A stretch of DNA of 63,768 nucleotides, the filler included, from Actinomycetota bacterium (GTDB lineage: Bacteria; Actinomycetota; Actinomycetes; JAKEEW01): NCBI GenBank assembly GCA_046725875.1. It is 4 parts of 4 records of this genome, joined end to end, with 100 filler letters (N's around TTAATTAATTAA, not from the genome) between each part and the next. Parts side by side here need not be neighbours in the genome. Positions count along the whole stretch, not along the records: positions 1 to 27,334 come from JBKOZJ010000084.1; 3 more parts are not named here. The stretch is one strand, 5' to 3'. Position 1 is the stretch's first letter; each line of letters begins with the position of its first letter. A model generated the notes under the pieces. That model saw nothing but the letters and a program-made list of their open reading frames with translations. It made no database searches and was not told where the DNA came from. This document shows, in pieces, positions 11,256-21,099 of this stretch. The position numbers and the translations under genes are program-made.

Positions 11256-12665
11256 ATGACCGGTCCCGACGGCATCGGGGGAAGGCATATGGCGCCACCG
11301 GACGCCTCGAGGCGTACCACCACCCCTAATCTGCGCCTGCGTGCGCTGCGCGAGGCGCGCAGCGAGTCGCGCAGCGAGTTCGCGCGGGCCCTTCGGACGC
11401 TCGCCGAGTCGATGGGCGAGAACCTGGCGTGCGACGAGCGGAGGGTCGCGCGCTGGGAGCGTGGCGAGGTCAATTGGCCGCGCAGCGCCTATCGCCGAGT
11501 GCTGAGCGCGCTGCTTGGGCTGCCCATCGAGCAGCTCGGCTTCCAACCGCCCGATCGAGTAGCCGAGGCGATCGCGGGTTCGCCCGATGTAACGACCTCG
11601 TCGATGCGACAACATCGCGGAACGCTGGCGCCTGGGTCTGCCGCCGCCGGCGCCGACGAAGGAGGAATACCGTTTGCTCGACCGGGCGATCGCGGTGCCG
11701 CCGCTCGGCGGGCTCAGCCGGAGCCCCTGTTCGGACCGGTGCTGGATCTTAGTCCCGAAACTCTCGAGAGCTTGGAGTCTGCGGTACTCGATCTTTGCCG
11801 CGAGTATGGACAGGCGCCCGTGCGTGAGGTCATTGGGCTCGCGCAGAAGCGGCTCGCGCTGGTCGGCCGGTTGCTCCAAGACGCCATGCGCCCGCCCGAG
11901 CGCCGCCGGCTGCTTGTCGTCTGCGGGTGGCTGTCCGCCGTGCTCGGCTGCGCGCTCTTCGACGCCGGCCAGCGCCGGCGCGCCGAGACTCAGCGGGCCG
12001 CCGTACGCGAGCTAGGCACCCAAGCCGGCCACTTCGAGCTGGCTGCCTGGGCAGACGAAATGAGCACCTGGTTTGCGCTGTCCGAGGGACGGTTCAGCGA
12101 TGCGCTCGCGGCGGCACAGGCGGGCGCGGTGCTGGCCGGCAACTCCTCGGCCGCCGCCAGGCTCGCCCTCCACGAGGCGAAGTCGGCGGCTCGGCTGCGG
12201 GAGCGGCGGCTGGCGGAGGCTGCGCTGGAGCGTGCGCGTGCGATCATCGACCGGTTGTCCTGGCCCTTCGACGAACTGAACCACTTCGCAATGGATGAGG
12301 CGACCCTCGCCGCGCATGCGGCCACGGCGTACCTATGGCTTGGGGACGACACGGCCGCGGAGGACTGTGCATGGCAGGTGCTCGTACACCAGCTGAGGCC
12401 GGATGGCGCGACTCGTCACCCGATGCGGATCGCCGAGATCCGGTGCACGCTCGCCACCGTGGCCGCCCGCAGGCACGACCTTGACCAGGCCGTCTACTTC
12501 GGTTTGCTCGCGCTGGACGCGGACCGGGTGTCGGTCCCGACAATGCTGATGCGCGCAACCGAGCTGGAGGTCGTGCTGACCAATGGCTTCCCGGGTGCCA
12601 AGCAAACGATGGAATACGTGGACAGGCTGCGAGCGGTACGCGAAAACTGGCGGAGATCGGTTTAA
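11256..12665 (+). CDS. XRE-family HTH regulator with helical/TPR-like C-terminus
   Basis: PNLRLRALRE...SRSEFARAL...CDERRVARWERGEVNWP...YRRVL. Confidence 0.8.
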   Translation: MTGPDGIGGRHMAPPDASRRTTTPNLRLRALREARSESRSEFARALRTLAESMGENLACDERRVARWERGEVNWPRSAYRRVLSALLGLPIEQLGFQPPDRVAEAIAGSPDVTTSSMRQHRGTLAPGSAAAGADEGGIPFARPGDRGAAARRAQPEPLFGPVLDLSPETLESLESAVLDLCREYGQAPVREVIGLAQKRLALVGRLLQDAMRPPERRRLLVVCGWLSAVLGCALFDAGQRRRAETQRAAVRELGTQAGHFELAAWADEMSTWFALSEGRFSDALAAAQAGAVLAGNSSAAARLALHEAKSAARLRERRLAEAALERARAIIDRLSWPFDELNHFAMDEATLAAHAATAYLWLGDDTAAEDCAWQVLVHQLRPDGATRHPMRIAEIRCTLATVAARRHDLDQAVYFGLLALDADRVSVPTMLMRATELEVVLTNGFPGAKQTMEYVDRLRAVRENWRRSV

Positions 12666-12684
12666 CCCCGCTTGAGAGCCGCGA

Positions 12685-13365
12685 TCAGCGGCGGACCGGC
12701 TCGTGGGTAGGGCCGACGTGCTCGGCGATCCAGTCGACCAGCGGTCGCGCGGCCGACCATGTCTCCCGTACCCGATCGGCGGCGGCTGTGGTGTGGACCC
12801 ACGGCTCGGGCGGCCACGACCGCTCGGCATAAAGCGAGCGGTAGCGAAGCAGCTCGACGCGCGGATGATCAGCAGGGTAGCCCTTGGGTCGGGTCTTCAG
12901 CGCGTCACCGTCGAGCTCGAAGCCGGCGTCTCTCAACTCTGAAACGATCTCCTGCAGCTTCTTCCCGGTGCGGTCGGCGTCCACCGCGGCCCGGTATCGC
13001 TCGAGCTGGTCTGCGCCATGGCTGTGGAAACCGGCCGCCGCCAGCATGCCGTCGGCGGAGATGTGGACGTAGTACCCAACGCCCGGGACTACATCGGCAA
13101 AGGCACCTTGATGGTTCTTGTACGGTGACTTGTCACGTGCGAAGCGCACGTCTCGATAGGGCCGGAACAGCTGCGCACGCCCAAAGTCGACGGCAAGCTC
13201 ACCAACGAGTGCGAGCATGGGCGCGCGGACGTGTTCCTCGTAGTCCGCCTTGTGGGCCGTCCAGTACGTCTTCGAGTTGTCCGCCTGGAGCCCCTCGTAG
13301 AACACGAACGCGGCATCGGGGAAACCGGTGAAGGGGGCAGCGAGGTCATCCGAGCCATTACTCAT
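12685..13365 (-). CDS. DUF2461 family protein
   Basis: FYEGLQADNSKTYW, FRPYRDVRFARDKSPYK, LKTRPKGYPADHPR. Confidence 0.92.
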   Translation of the reverse strand: MSNGSDDLAAPFTGFPDAAFVFYEGLQADNSKTYWTAHKADYEEHVRAPMLALVGELAVDFGRAQLFRPYRDVRFARDKSPYKNHQGAFADVVPGVGYYVHISADGMLAAAGFHSHGADQLERYRAAVDADRTGKKLQEIVSELRDAGFELDGDALKTRPKGYPADHPRVELLRYRSLYAERSWPPEPWVHTTAAADRVRETWSAARPLVDWIAEHVGPTHEPVRR

Positions 13366-13384
13366 GGGCGCACCCTACGCGCCC

Positions 13385-14011
13385 TTACCGACCGGCGCGC
13401 AGCTCGTATTGGACCTCGGGAATGGGTTCGCCAAGCACGATCTCCCGACGGTCCCCAGTACGGACGAAGCCCTCGTGCTCGTAGAAGCCGCGCGCCCGGT
13501 GATTCTGCTCGAGCACCCACAGGTTGATCGGCTCCCGGCCGGTGGCACGCAGCGCCCCGATACCGGCGGCAAGCAGAAGTTTGCCGACTCCGTCACCCCA
13601 GGACGTGGGATTGACGTAGATCGCCCAGATCTCACCGGCCGGTGGGCCGATGTCCCGGTCCGGGCCGGCGACGACGAAACCGATCACCGCTCCGCCGGCT
13701 CGGGTTGCCGGACGGGACGAATCTGCTGGGACGGCATGAGCAGCGACGAAGCTGTGCACGTGCGGGCCACGCTGCGTGAACTGCTCCTCGGCCCGCGCGA
13801 TCACGGCGGGCGTCGGCTCCATCTCCGCAAGGAAATCGTCGGGCACGATGCCGTCGTAGGCTGCTCGCCATGCGGTAGCCCGAACCCTAGTCACCGCCGG
13901 CACGTCGGCGAGGGTCTGCCGGCGAATCGTCACTCCCGGTTCGCGCTCGCATGCCGGCGCTGGCGGCAGGCCTTCGTCTTCTGCCGGTTGCCGCATATCC
14001 GCATGCTGCAC
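13385..14011 (-). CDS. GNAT family N-acetyltransferase (start uncertain)
   Basis: AWRAAYDGIVP, EIWAIYV..WGDGVGKLL, LWVLEQNHRARGFYEHEGF. Confidence 0.9.
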   Translation of the reverse strand: MQHADMRQPAEDEGLPPAPACEREPGVTIRRQTLADVPAVTRVRATAWRAAYDGIVPDDFLAEMEPTPAVIARAEEQFTQRGPHVHSFVAAHAVPADSSRPATRAGGAVIGFVVAGPDRDIGPPAGEIWAIYVNPTSWGDGVGKLLLAAGIGALRATGREPINLWVLEQNHRARGFYEHEGFVRTGDRREIVLGEPIPEVQYELRAGR

Positions 14012-14458
14012 CTAGGACTGCCCTTCCCTGTCGATCAGGGAGGCATTTACCGATCGGCTTCGGCCGCGGAACTCGGCGACCACCTCGCCGTCGGGGCGGC
14101 GCACCGTTACGTCGTACACCCCGGATCGTCCATACCGCACCCGCTCGGTCGCCTCAGCGGTGAGCTCGTCACCGAGCCGGGCGGGTGCAACGAAAACGAT
14201 GTCCGCACTGGCGGCCACGGACACCCGCCCATAGGAGTTGCAGGCGAACGCGAACGCCGTGTCGGCGAGCAGAAACACGTATCCACCGTGGGCGATGTCA
14301 TGCCCGTTGATCATGCTCGGAGTGACCCGCATTCGGGCTGTCGCCCGGCCGGGCAGCACGTCGGTGATCTCGATGTCGAGAAGCTGGGACGCCCGGTCGG
14401 CCCCGTACATCGCGGCCGCCGACAGCTTGGCGACCTCCTCGGGACCACGGTCGCTCAT
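14012..14458 (-). CDS. paaI: Phenylacetyl-CoA thioesterase PaaI
   Basis: DRASQLL...MINGHDIAHGGYVFLLADTAFAFACNS hotdog fold; paa context. Confidence 0.93.
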   Translation of the reverse strand: MSDRGPEEVAKLSAAAMYGADRASQLLDIEITDVLPGRATARMRVTPSMINGHDIAHGGYVFLLADTAFAFACNSYGRVSVAASADIVFVAPARLGDELTAEATERVRYGRSGVYDVTVRRPDGEVVAEFRGRSRSVNASLIDREGQS

Positions 14459-16041
14459 GCCCGGATGCCCCCGCCGCCGGAAGCCGGACTGTCCTGGGCT
14501 CCGGCGGTCCTAAGGGATTGCTCGCTTCGCGCGGATAGCCGCAGGAACGGTCCGGGGCGGTAGCGCCCGTCCCGGTAGAAGTCCTCGAGGTTGTCCAGTG
14601 TCAGGCTGACCAGCGCGGACCCGAGGCGGTCACCCCATTCGAGCGGACCGATCGGGTAATTCGCGCCGTACCGCATGGCCAGGTCGATGTCGGCCGCCGA
14701 TGCGATGCCCCGTCCGACGAGGTCCGCGGCCTCGTTGACCAGCCGCGCGACCGTCCGCATGACAATCAGGCCCGGGGTGTCCGCCACGACACTCACGGCC
14801 AGGCCCGCCGCCTGAAGGAATCCGACCACGTCGGCGAGCGCGTCCGATGGGCAGTCGGCCCCGGGCGCGACCGCGATCCTGGTCGCGCCGCCGTAGTCAA
14901 GAGCGAGGTCCAGCATGACGACCGGCTTCTCCTCCGGCCAGCCGGTCGCCGCGAGCCCCGAACTGAGCCGAGCGGTGGCGGTGGGGAAGTCCAATGCAGC
15001 TTCCAGATCCTCCTCCTCGTGCCGGACCGTCGCCTCGTCGAGATCCTCGACCGCGACGCCGTTCGTCCGGGCCCGCTGCACGAGGTCCGCCAGCAAACCG
15101 ATCCGCGGCCCGGCGCGTACCCAGGCCGGCGGCCGGGTCGGCTCGGCTGTCCTGGGTGCGGGCACATCCTGGCCTGCGCCCGCGCCGTACGAATAGATCC
15201 CACGGCCGGTCTTGCGGCCGAGCCGGCCGGCTTCGACGAGCGCGCGCTGGTAGCTCGACGGCGCATACCGAGGGTCATAGGCCGTCGCCTCCCACACCGA
15301 CTGTGAGACGGCGAGGTTCACGTCCTGGCCGATCAGGTCGGTGAGTTCGAGCGGTCCCATCCGGAAGCCGCCCGCCTCGCGCATGACGGCATCGATGGTC
15401 GCCGCGTCCGTCGCGCCCTCCTCGAGCACCCGGTGCGCCTCGCCGTAGAACGGCCGCGCAACCCGGTTCACGACGAAGCCGGGCGTCGACCGGACCCGCA
15501 CCGCGACCTTCCCCCAAGACTCGGCCAGCTTGACTACCCGATCGACTACGGGCGGGTCGGTTTCGTTGCCGACGACGACCTCGACGAGGCCCATCACCGG
15601 TGCGGGGTTGAAGAAGTGCATGCCGACGACCCGACCCGGCTCCGGAACCGCCCTCGCGATCGCGTCCACCGAGATCGACGAGGTGTTCGTCGCAAGAATC
15701 GCTCCGGGTGCGAGGACCCTAGCCACCTCGCCGAAGACCGCACGCTTCGCATCCAGGGACTCCACGATCGCCTCAACCACGAGCCCGCACGGCGCGAGGT
15801 CGGCGAGCGCGACTACCGGCGTGAGACGGTCCCGCGCCGCCGCAGCCTCCGGTGCGGTCATCCGGCCTTTTTGGACCAGGCGAGCGAGCGCCGCCGCCAC
15901 GTCGTCATGTGCCGCGACGGCCCGGCCCGGCTCGACATCGAAGATGAGAGTACGGTGACCACCCGCGGCGGTCACCTGCGCGATGCCGGCGCCCATCGTC
16001 CCGGCGCCGACGATGCCGACGACCAACGACGTACCGGTCAC
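14455..16041 (-). CDS. paaH: 3-hydroxyacyl-CoA dehydrogenase PaaH
   Basis: GAGTMGAGIA, EAIVE, TNTSS, GMHFFNPAP, PGFVVNR, duplicated C-terminal domain. Confidence 0.92.
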   Translation of the reverse strand: MTGTSLVVGIVGAGTMGAGIAQVTAAGGHRTLIFDVEPGRAVAAHDDVAAALARLVQKGRMTAPEAAAARDRLTPVVALADLAPCGLVVEAIVESLDAKRAVFGEVARVLAPGAILATNTSSISVDAIARAVPEPGRVVGMHFFNPAPVMGLVEVVVGNETDPPVVDRVVKLAESWGKVAVRVRSTPGFVVNRVARPFYGEAHRVLEEGATDAATIDAVMREAGGFRMGPLELTDLIGQDVNLAVSQSVWEATAYDPRYAPSSYQRALVEAGRLGRKTGRGIYSYGAGAGQDVPAPRTAEPTRPPAWVRAGPRIGLLADLVQRARTNGVAVEDLDEATVRHEEEDLEAALDFPTATARLSSGLAATGWPEEKPVVMLDLALDYGGATRIAVAPGADCPSDALADVVGFLQAAGLAVSVVADTPGLIVMRTVARLVNEAADLVGRGIASAADIDLAMRYGANYPIGPLEWGDRLGSALVSLTLDNLEDFYRDGRYRPGPFLRLSARSEQSLRTAGAQDSPASGGGGIRA

Positions 16042-16339
16042 CGCTACCCCTTCGCCTCTCCTGCCTCGACCCTAGGACGCGGCTGGACAACCTCGCCCGT
16101 CGGGAGCGGCGTCCAGGTGTTCACCCCACGGAAAAGCGGCGCGTTTCCGCGGGGGCCCCGCAGGTCGATCCGGCAAGGCCGCAGGGAGGCCAAAGTAGCA
16201 GCGCTACGTGGGCGACCGAGAACGCGGCCGGGCGGCGTCTGGTCGTCGCGCAGCAGGGTGGAGGTTGTTCAGCTGCGTCCTAAAACGTCGGCCACGCTCC
16301 AGGTCCGACGGCCATTCCAGAACGGACCTGGACCAGCCT

Positions 16340-16355
16340 GACCGAACGTTCGGTC
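16340..16355. promoter_or_regulatory. Putative PaaR operator 1 (paaH/paaN divergent region)
   Basis: Perfect palindrome GACCGAACGTTCGGTC; same core at 22416; fits the ACCGnnCGnnCGGT actinobacterial PaaR motif. Confidence 0.8.
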
Positions 16356-16461
16356 TGAGCAATAATTGCCGGAGTTAGTAGACCGCTGATCTTCTCGTCC
16401 TGCTGCGCGGCGCGCACGCCGACCAGATCATCGCCCCCCGTCGACTGGGAGACCGAAAGCC

Positions 16462-18225
16462 ATGACTTATGCACAAGATCGGCCAGCGAGCGGAGCCAGG
16501 CCGAACCCGGTGCTCGACGAGCTGATCGAGCGGCACAAGCCCACCCTCGACAAGGCGGTTGCGGCGGCCCATGACCGCAGCTACTTCTCCGCGTACCCCG
16601 AGTCCCCAAGCCCCCGGGTCTACGGGGAGACGGCGGCGGCTGACGGCCTGGAGGCGTACAAAGCCCTGCTCGGCAAGCCGTTTTCCGGCGTGGATATCCC
16701 AGGGACCGACGGTGCGGCGGGGTCCGAGCGCTCGCCGTTCGGCGATGCCGGCGGGCCGAGCGGCGACGCGCAGCTCGGCGTGACCTACCCCCATATCGGC
16801 GATGTGGAGAAACTCTTCGCCGCGATGCGCGCGGCGACGCCTGCCTGGCGGGACGCTGGGCCGCTCGCCCGTGCGGCGGTGTGCATCGAGATCGTCGATC
16901 GCATTAACAAGCGCAGCTTCGAGCTGGCCAATGCGGTCATGCATACGACCGGTCAGCCCTTCGTGATGGCTTTCCAGGCCGCCGGCCCGCATGCTCAGGA
17001 CCGCGCACTCGAGGCGATCGCGTACGCCTACGCCGAGATGACCCGGCACGCCCCGACGGCCTATTGGGAGAAACCGCAGGGCAAGCGCGAGCCGCTGCAG
17101 ATGAGCAAGATGTTCCACGTCGTCCCGCGCGGAATCGCGCTGGTCGTCGGGTGCAACACCTTCCCGACCTGGAACTCGTATCCTGGCCTGTTTGCGAGCC
17201 TGGTTACCGGTAACCCGGTCGTGGTCAAGCCGCACCCGCGCGCCGTCCTGCCGCTCGCCATCACGGTCGCGGTGGCCCGCGAGGTGCTTGCCGACGCAGG
17301 CTTCGACCCCAACCTCGTCTGCCTCGCCGCCGAGCGCGACACCGAGGGCCTCGCCTCCGTACTCGCCACCCATCACGACGTGAAGATCATCGACTTCACC
17401 GGATCGACGCAGTACGGCGACTGGCTGGAGCAGCACGCCCGGCAAGCGCAGGTCTATACCGAAAAGGCCGGCGTCAACACGGTCGTCATCGACTCCACCG
17501 ACGACTTCCGTGGGATGACGGCGAACCTGGCTTTCTCACTCAGCCTCTACTCCGGGCAGATGTGTACGACGCCGCAGAACATCCTGGTTCCGCGGGACGG
17601 GATCGAAACCGACGATGGGCACAAGAGCTGCGACGAGGTGGCGGCCGGCATTCGCGCCGCCGTCGACGAGCTGCTCGGCGACCCGGCGCGGGCGGTCGAG
17701 TTGACGGGTGCCATCGTCAACGACGCGGTGATGGAGCGGCTGGAGCGGGCCGCCACGCTCGGCAAGGCCGTGCGGCCGACCGCAGCGCTGAGTCACCCCG
17801 CCTTCCCGCAGGCAAGGGTGCGTACACCGCTGATCGTTCAGCTCGAGGCCCCAGACGAGGAGGTGTACGGGAGCGAGCACTTCGGTCCGATCTCGTTCAT
17901 CGTTGCTACCGACTCGACCGAGCAGAGTCTGCAGATCTTCCGGCGTACGGTGACCGAGCACGGTGCGCTGACGGCGTCGGTCTACTCGACATCTCCGCAT
18001 GTGCTCGCCGCGGCCGAGCAGGCCGCCATCGACGCCGGGGTAGCACTGTCCTGCAACCTCACGGGCGGTGTCTATGTGAATCAGTCGGCGGCGTTCTCGG
18101 ACTTCCACGGCACCGGGGCCAACCCGGCATGCAACGCGGCACTGACCGATGGCGCATTCGTGGCCGGTCGGTTCCGCATCGTCCAGTCGCGCCGCCACAC
18201 ACCCCAGCCGGCATCCCCAGCCTGA
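16462..18225 (+). CDS. paaN: Phenylacetate degradation aldehyde dehydrogenase PaaN
   Basis: AFQAAGPHAQDRALEA, GCNTFPTWNSYPG, EKAGVN, SLYSGQMCT, NQSAAFSDFHGTGANPA. Confidence 0.95.
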   Translation: MTYAQDRPASGARPNPVLDELIERHKPTLDKAVAAAHDRSYFSAYPESPSPRVYGETAAADGLEAYKALLGKPFSGVDIPGTDGAAGSERSPFGDAGGPSGDAQLGVTYPHIGDVEKLFAAMRAATPAWRDAGPLARAAVCIEIVDRINKRSFELANAVMHTTGQPFVMAFQAAGPHAQDRALEAIAYAYAEMTRHAPTAYWEKPQGKREPLQMSKMFHVVPRGIALVVGCNTFPTWNSYPGLFASLVTGNPVVVKPHPRAVLPLAITVAVAREVLADAGFDPNLVCLAAERDTEGLASVLATHHDVKIIDFTGSTQYGDWLEQHARQAQVYTEKAGVNTVVIDSTDDFRGMTANLAFSLSLYSGQMCTTPQNILVPRDGIETDDGHKSCDEVAAGIRAAVDELLGDPARAVELTGAIVNDAVMERLERAATLGKAVRPTAALSHPAFPQARVRTPLIVQLEAPDEEVYGSEHFGPISFIVATDSTEQSLQIFRRTVTEHGALTASVYSTSPHVLAAAEQAAIDAGVALSCNLTGGVYVNQSAAFSDFHGTGANPACNAALTDGAFVAGRFRIVQSRRHTPQPASPA

Positions 18226-18285
18226 TCTCCTGCGGAAACAGAGCGCAGCAAAGCGTTTCCGCGGGGGTGGCTAGGATTCGACGGC

Positions 18286-19626
18286 ATGATGGCTGACTTG
18301 CGGGTGGGGATCGAGCGCGTGCTGCCAGCAGTACGGAAAGATCTCGAGCGACTGGTCCGGATTCCGTCGGTGAGCTCCGATCCCATGGCGGCGGACCACG
18401 TGCGTGCCTCTGCTGAGGCAGTGGCGTCGCTGCTGCGTGATTGCGGGCTAGACGACATACAAATTCTCCAGGTGGAGGGCGGGCCACCAGCGGTCGTCGG
18501 CCGGACGCCGGCACCGCCGGGGCGCCCGACCGTGCTGCTGTACGCGCACCACGACGTGGAGCCACCAGGCGACCCGGCCGGGTGGGCGTCACCTGCCTTC
18601 GAGCCGACAGAGCGCGGTGGGCGGCTCTATGGACGTGGGGCAGCAGACGACAAGGCCGGCATCATGGCGCACGTCGCCGCTGTGCGGGCGTTTGACGGGC
18701 AGCCACCGGTTGGCGTGACGGTCTTCGTCGAGGGCGAGGAGGAGATCGGTTCGCCGACCCTTGGCAGGTTCCTTGACCACTACCGGGAACTACTCGCCGC
18801 CGACGCGATCGTGCTGGCGGACTCGGGTAACTGGGACATTGGCGTGCCGGCGTTGACCACCTCTCTGCGTGGTCTGGTGGACTGCTTCGTCGAGGTGCAG
18901 GTGCTCGACCACCCCGTACATTCCGGAATGTACGGGGGTGTGGTGATGGATGCGCTGACCGCGCTTTGCCGGCTCCTTGCGACCCTGCATGATGATGCGG
19001 GCGATGTGGCGATCGCGGGATTGGCGAGCCGCGCGGCTGCCGCGCTCGACCTACCGGAGGAGCGGCTCCGCGCCGAGGCGGGCGTGCTAGACGGGGTTGA
19101 GTTGATCGGCACCGGCTCGATCGTCGACCGGCTGTGGACAAAGCCGGCAGTGTCCGTGCTTGCCATCGACACGACCCGCATCGCCGACGCGTCGAACACC
19201 CTGCTGGCGTCGGCGCGGGCCAAGGTCAGCCTCCGGATCGCACCGGGCGACGACGCCAAGTCGGCGATGGATCGGCTGACCGAGCACCTGGTGGCGCACG
19301 CGCCGTTCGGTGCTCAGGTGTCCGTTACTCCCAACTCTTCCGGGGAGCCGTTTCTGGTCGACGCGAAAGGCGCGGTCTACGAGGCGGCCCGTTCGGCTTT
19401 CGCCGAGGCATGGGGACACCCGCCGGTGGACATCGGTGTCGGCGGCACCATACCGTTCGTCGCCGAGTTCGCCGATGCCTTTCCCGGTGCGCCCATTCTG
19501 GTCACCGGCGTCGAGGACCCGGACTCCCGCGCGCATGGCTTCGACGAGAGCCTGCACCTTGGCGAGTACGCCAAGGCGTGCCTTGCGGAGGCTCTGCTGC
19601 TCGAGAAGCTCGCCAGGCTCGGCTAA
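18286..19626 (+). CDS. M20 family dipeptidase
   Basis: LLYAHHDV, GRGAADDKAG, EGEEEIGS, HSGMYGG, GGTIPF, AHGFDES. Confidence 0.93.
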   Translation: MMADLRVGIERVLPAVRKDLERLVRIPSVSSDPMAADHVRASAEAVASLLRDCGLDDIQILQVEGGPPAVVGRTPAPPGRPTVLLYAHHDVEPPGDPAGWASPAFEPTERGGRLYGRGAADDKAGIMAHVAAVRAFDGQPPVGVTVFVEGEEEIGSPTLGRFLDHYRELLAADAIVLADSGNWDIGVPALTTSLRGLVDCFVEVQVLDHPVHSGMYGGVVMDALTALCRLLATLHDDAGDVAIAGLASRAAAALDLPEERLRAEAGVLDGVELIGTGSIVDRLWTKPAVSVLAIDTTRIADASNTLLASARAKVSLRIAPGDDAKSAMDRLTEHLVAHAPFGAQVSVTPNSSGEPFLVDAKGAVYEAARSAFAEAWGHPPVDIGVGGTIPFVAEFADAFPGAPILVTGVEDPDSRAHGFDESLHLGEYAKACLAEALLLEKLARLG

Positions 19627-20279
19627 GCAGGCGAACCCTCGCCCCCGGGTGCCGGGTGCGGCCGCGTGTGGCATCCGAATAGGACAAGATCGGTGATGCG
19701 ATCAGCGAGCTCGGTCGCGGTCACCGGCCCGCCCGGGTGATACCACTCCGTAACCGAATTGATCATTCCAAAGATCAGCCGGGTAGTTAGGGCCGGATCG
19801 ACGCCCGGGGCGAGATCGCCGTCTTGCCCGGCTTCCGAGACGATCTTGGTCACGAACCGGTCGAAGGTGCGGCGACGTTCGAGAGCGTCCTGCTCCGTCG
19901 CCGTGTTACCCCGCACACGGAGGAGCAGCGTCACGTAGACCAGCTCCTCGTCGAGGATCTCGACCGAACGTCTGATCACGTGATGCAGCCGGTCGATCGC
20001 GCGACCCGTGATCGACTCGGGCTCGCCGCAGACAGCGAACAGCGCGTCGAGGGCACGGTCGAGTGCTGCCCGCAGCAGCGCCTCCTTGCCCGGCACGTGG
20101 TGGTAGATCGACGACTTTGTAATGCCGGCCGCGTCGGCGAGATGCTCCATGCTCGTGCCGTCATAGCCGCGTTCGGTGAACACCCGCGCCGCGACGGCGC
20201 GCAGCCTCTCCCGGTCATACGTGGCCCGGCGCTCGCCGCTTGCGGTGCGCCGAGTCCGTGGGGCACGGCTGGTCGACAC
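19623..20279 (-). CDS. paaR: TetR-family regulator, probable PaaR
   Basis: FTERGYDGTSMEHLA..AGITKSSIYHHV..KE; VTLLLRVRGNT; lies within the paa cluster. Confidence 0.82.
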   Translation of the reverse strand: MSTSRAPRTRRTASGERRATYDRERLRAVAARVFTERGYDGTSMEHLADAAGITKSSIYHHVPGKEALLRAALDRALDALFAVCGEPESITGRAIDRLHHVIRRSVEILDEELVYVTLLLRVRGNTATEQDALERRRTFDRFVTKIVSEAGQDGDLAPGVDPALTTRLIFGMINSVTEWYHPGGPVTATELADRITDLVLFGCHTRPHPAPGGEGSPA

Positions 20280-20377
20280 GTTGCACAGTGTTGCAGCACG
20301 GCGCTCCCGCGGGGCGGCGGCAGGGCGGCGGGACCGAGGAAAGCGTGTCGCGCGGGGCGCGTCGTATGCTCCGCGGC

Positions 20378-20944
20378 ATGACGACCGAGGAGGTCCGCAT
20401 CACCGATCCCGCGGTGATGCGGGCGCTCGCGCATCCGGCCCGATTGGCAATCCTGGAGTACCTTGCGGGGACCCCAGAAGGCGCCACCGCGACGGAGTCC
20501 GCCCTTGCCAGCGGACAGTCCCCGAGCGCCACCAGCTATCACTTGCGCGCGCTGGCCAAGCTCGGACTTGTCGAGGAGGCTCCCAGCCGTGGCGATGCGC
20601 GGGAACGCGTATGGCGAGCACCGATGCGCAGCTACCGTGTCGAGGCGGGCCAGAACGCCTCGCAGGAGGCGCGAGCCGCGGAGCGCGCACTGGTCGACGT
20701 CTATCTCCAAAATGAGGACGAGAAGGTAAGGCGCTGGCTCGACCGGGCCCAGACCGAGCCGGCCGCGTGGTACGAAAACGCGGTCATCTCCGAGCACAGC
20801 CTCCTCGTCACCGCCGCCGAGCTGCGCAAGATCAACGAGACGGTCCAGGACCTTCTCCACAGATACCGGCGCCGCGATCGTCGCGAGCAGGCGCCGGAGG
20901 GCGCGCGCCCGGTGACCGTGCAGTACCGAAGCCTTCCGGATTAA
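20378..20944 (+). CDS. ArsR/winged-HTH transcriptional regulator
   Basis: ITDPAVMRALAHPARLAIL...SPSATSYHLRALAKLGLVEE...DARERVW; TATGCT -10 7 nt before ATG suggests leaderless. Confidence 0.88.
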   Translation: MTTEEVRITDPAVMRALAHPARLAILEYLAGTPEGATATESALASGQSPSATSYHLRALAKLGLVEEAPSRGDARERVWRAPMRSYRVEAGQNASQEARAAERALVDVYLQNEDEKVRRWLDRAQTEPAAWYENAVISEHSLLVTAAELRKINETVQDLLHRYRRRDRREQAPEGARPVTVQYRSLPD

Positions 20945-21067
20945 GCATCAGCGGTACACGCGTACTCACCTGCTTTGGTCGGCTGGCTTCGAAGTTGCAA
21001 ACCCGGCACCCTCGCGGCGTGATGGGCGCTGGTCAGCTAGGCGGAAGGGGCAGTTGCGTTAGAGGAC

Positions 21068-21099
21068 CTGAAGGGCTATCTTCGAAAAATGTCCTTCAG
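21068..21099. promoter_or_regulatory. Imperfect palindrome over the MFS start, putative operator of the adjacent ArsR protein
   Basis: CTGAAGGGC..TTCGAA..GTCCTTCAG centred on TTCGAA. Confidence 0.5.

Noticed and set aside
19963..19976. Partial PaaR-like site ACCGAACGTCTGAT
   Set aside because: Half match only, and inside the tetR coding region.
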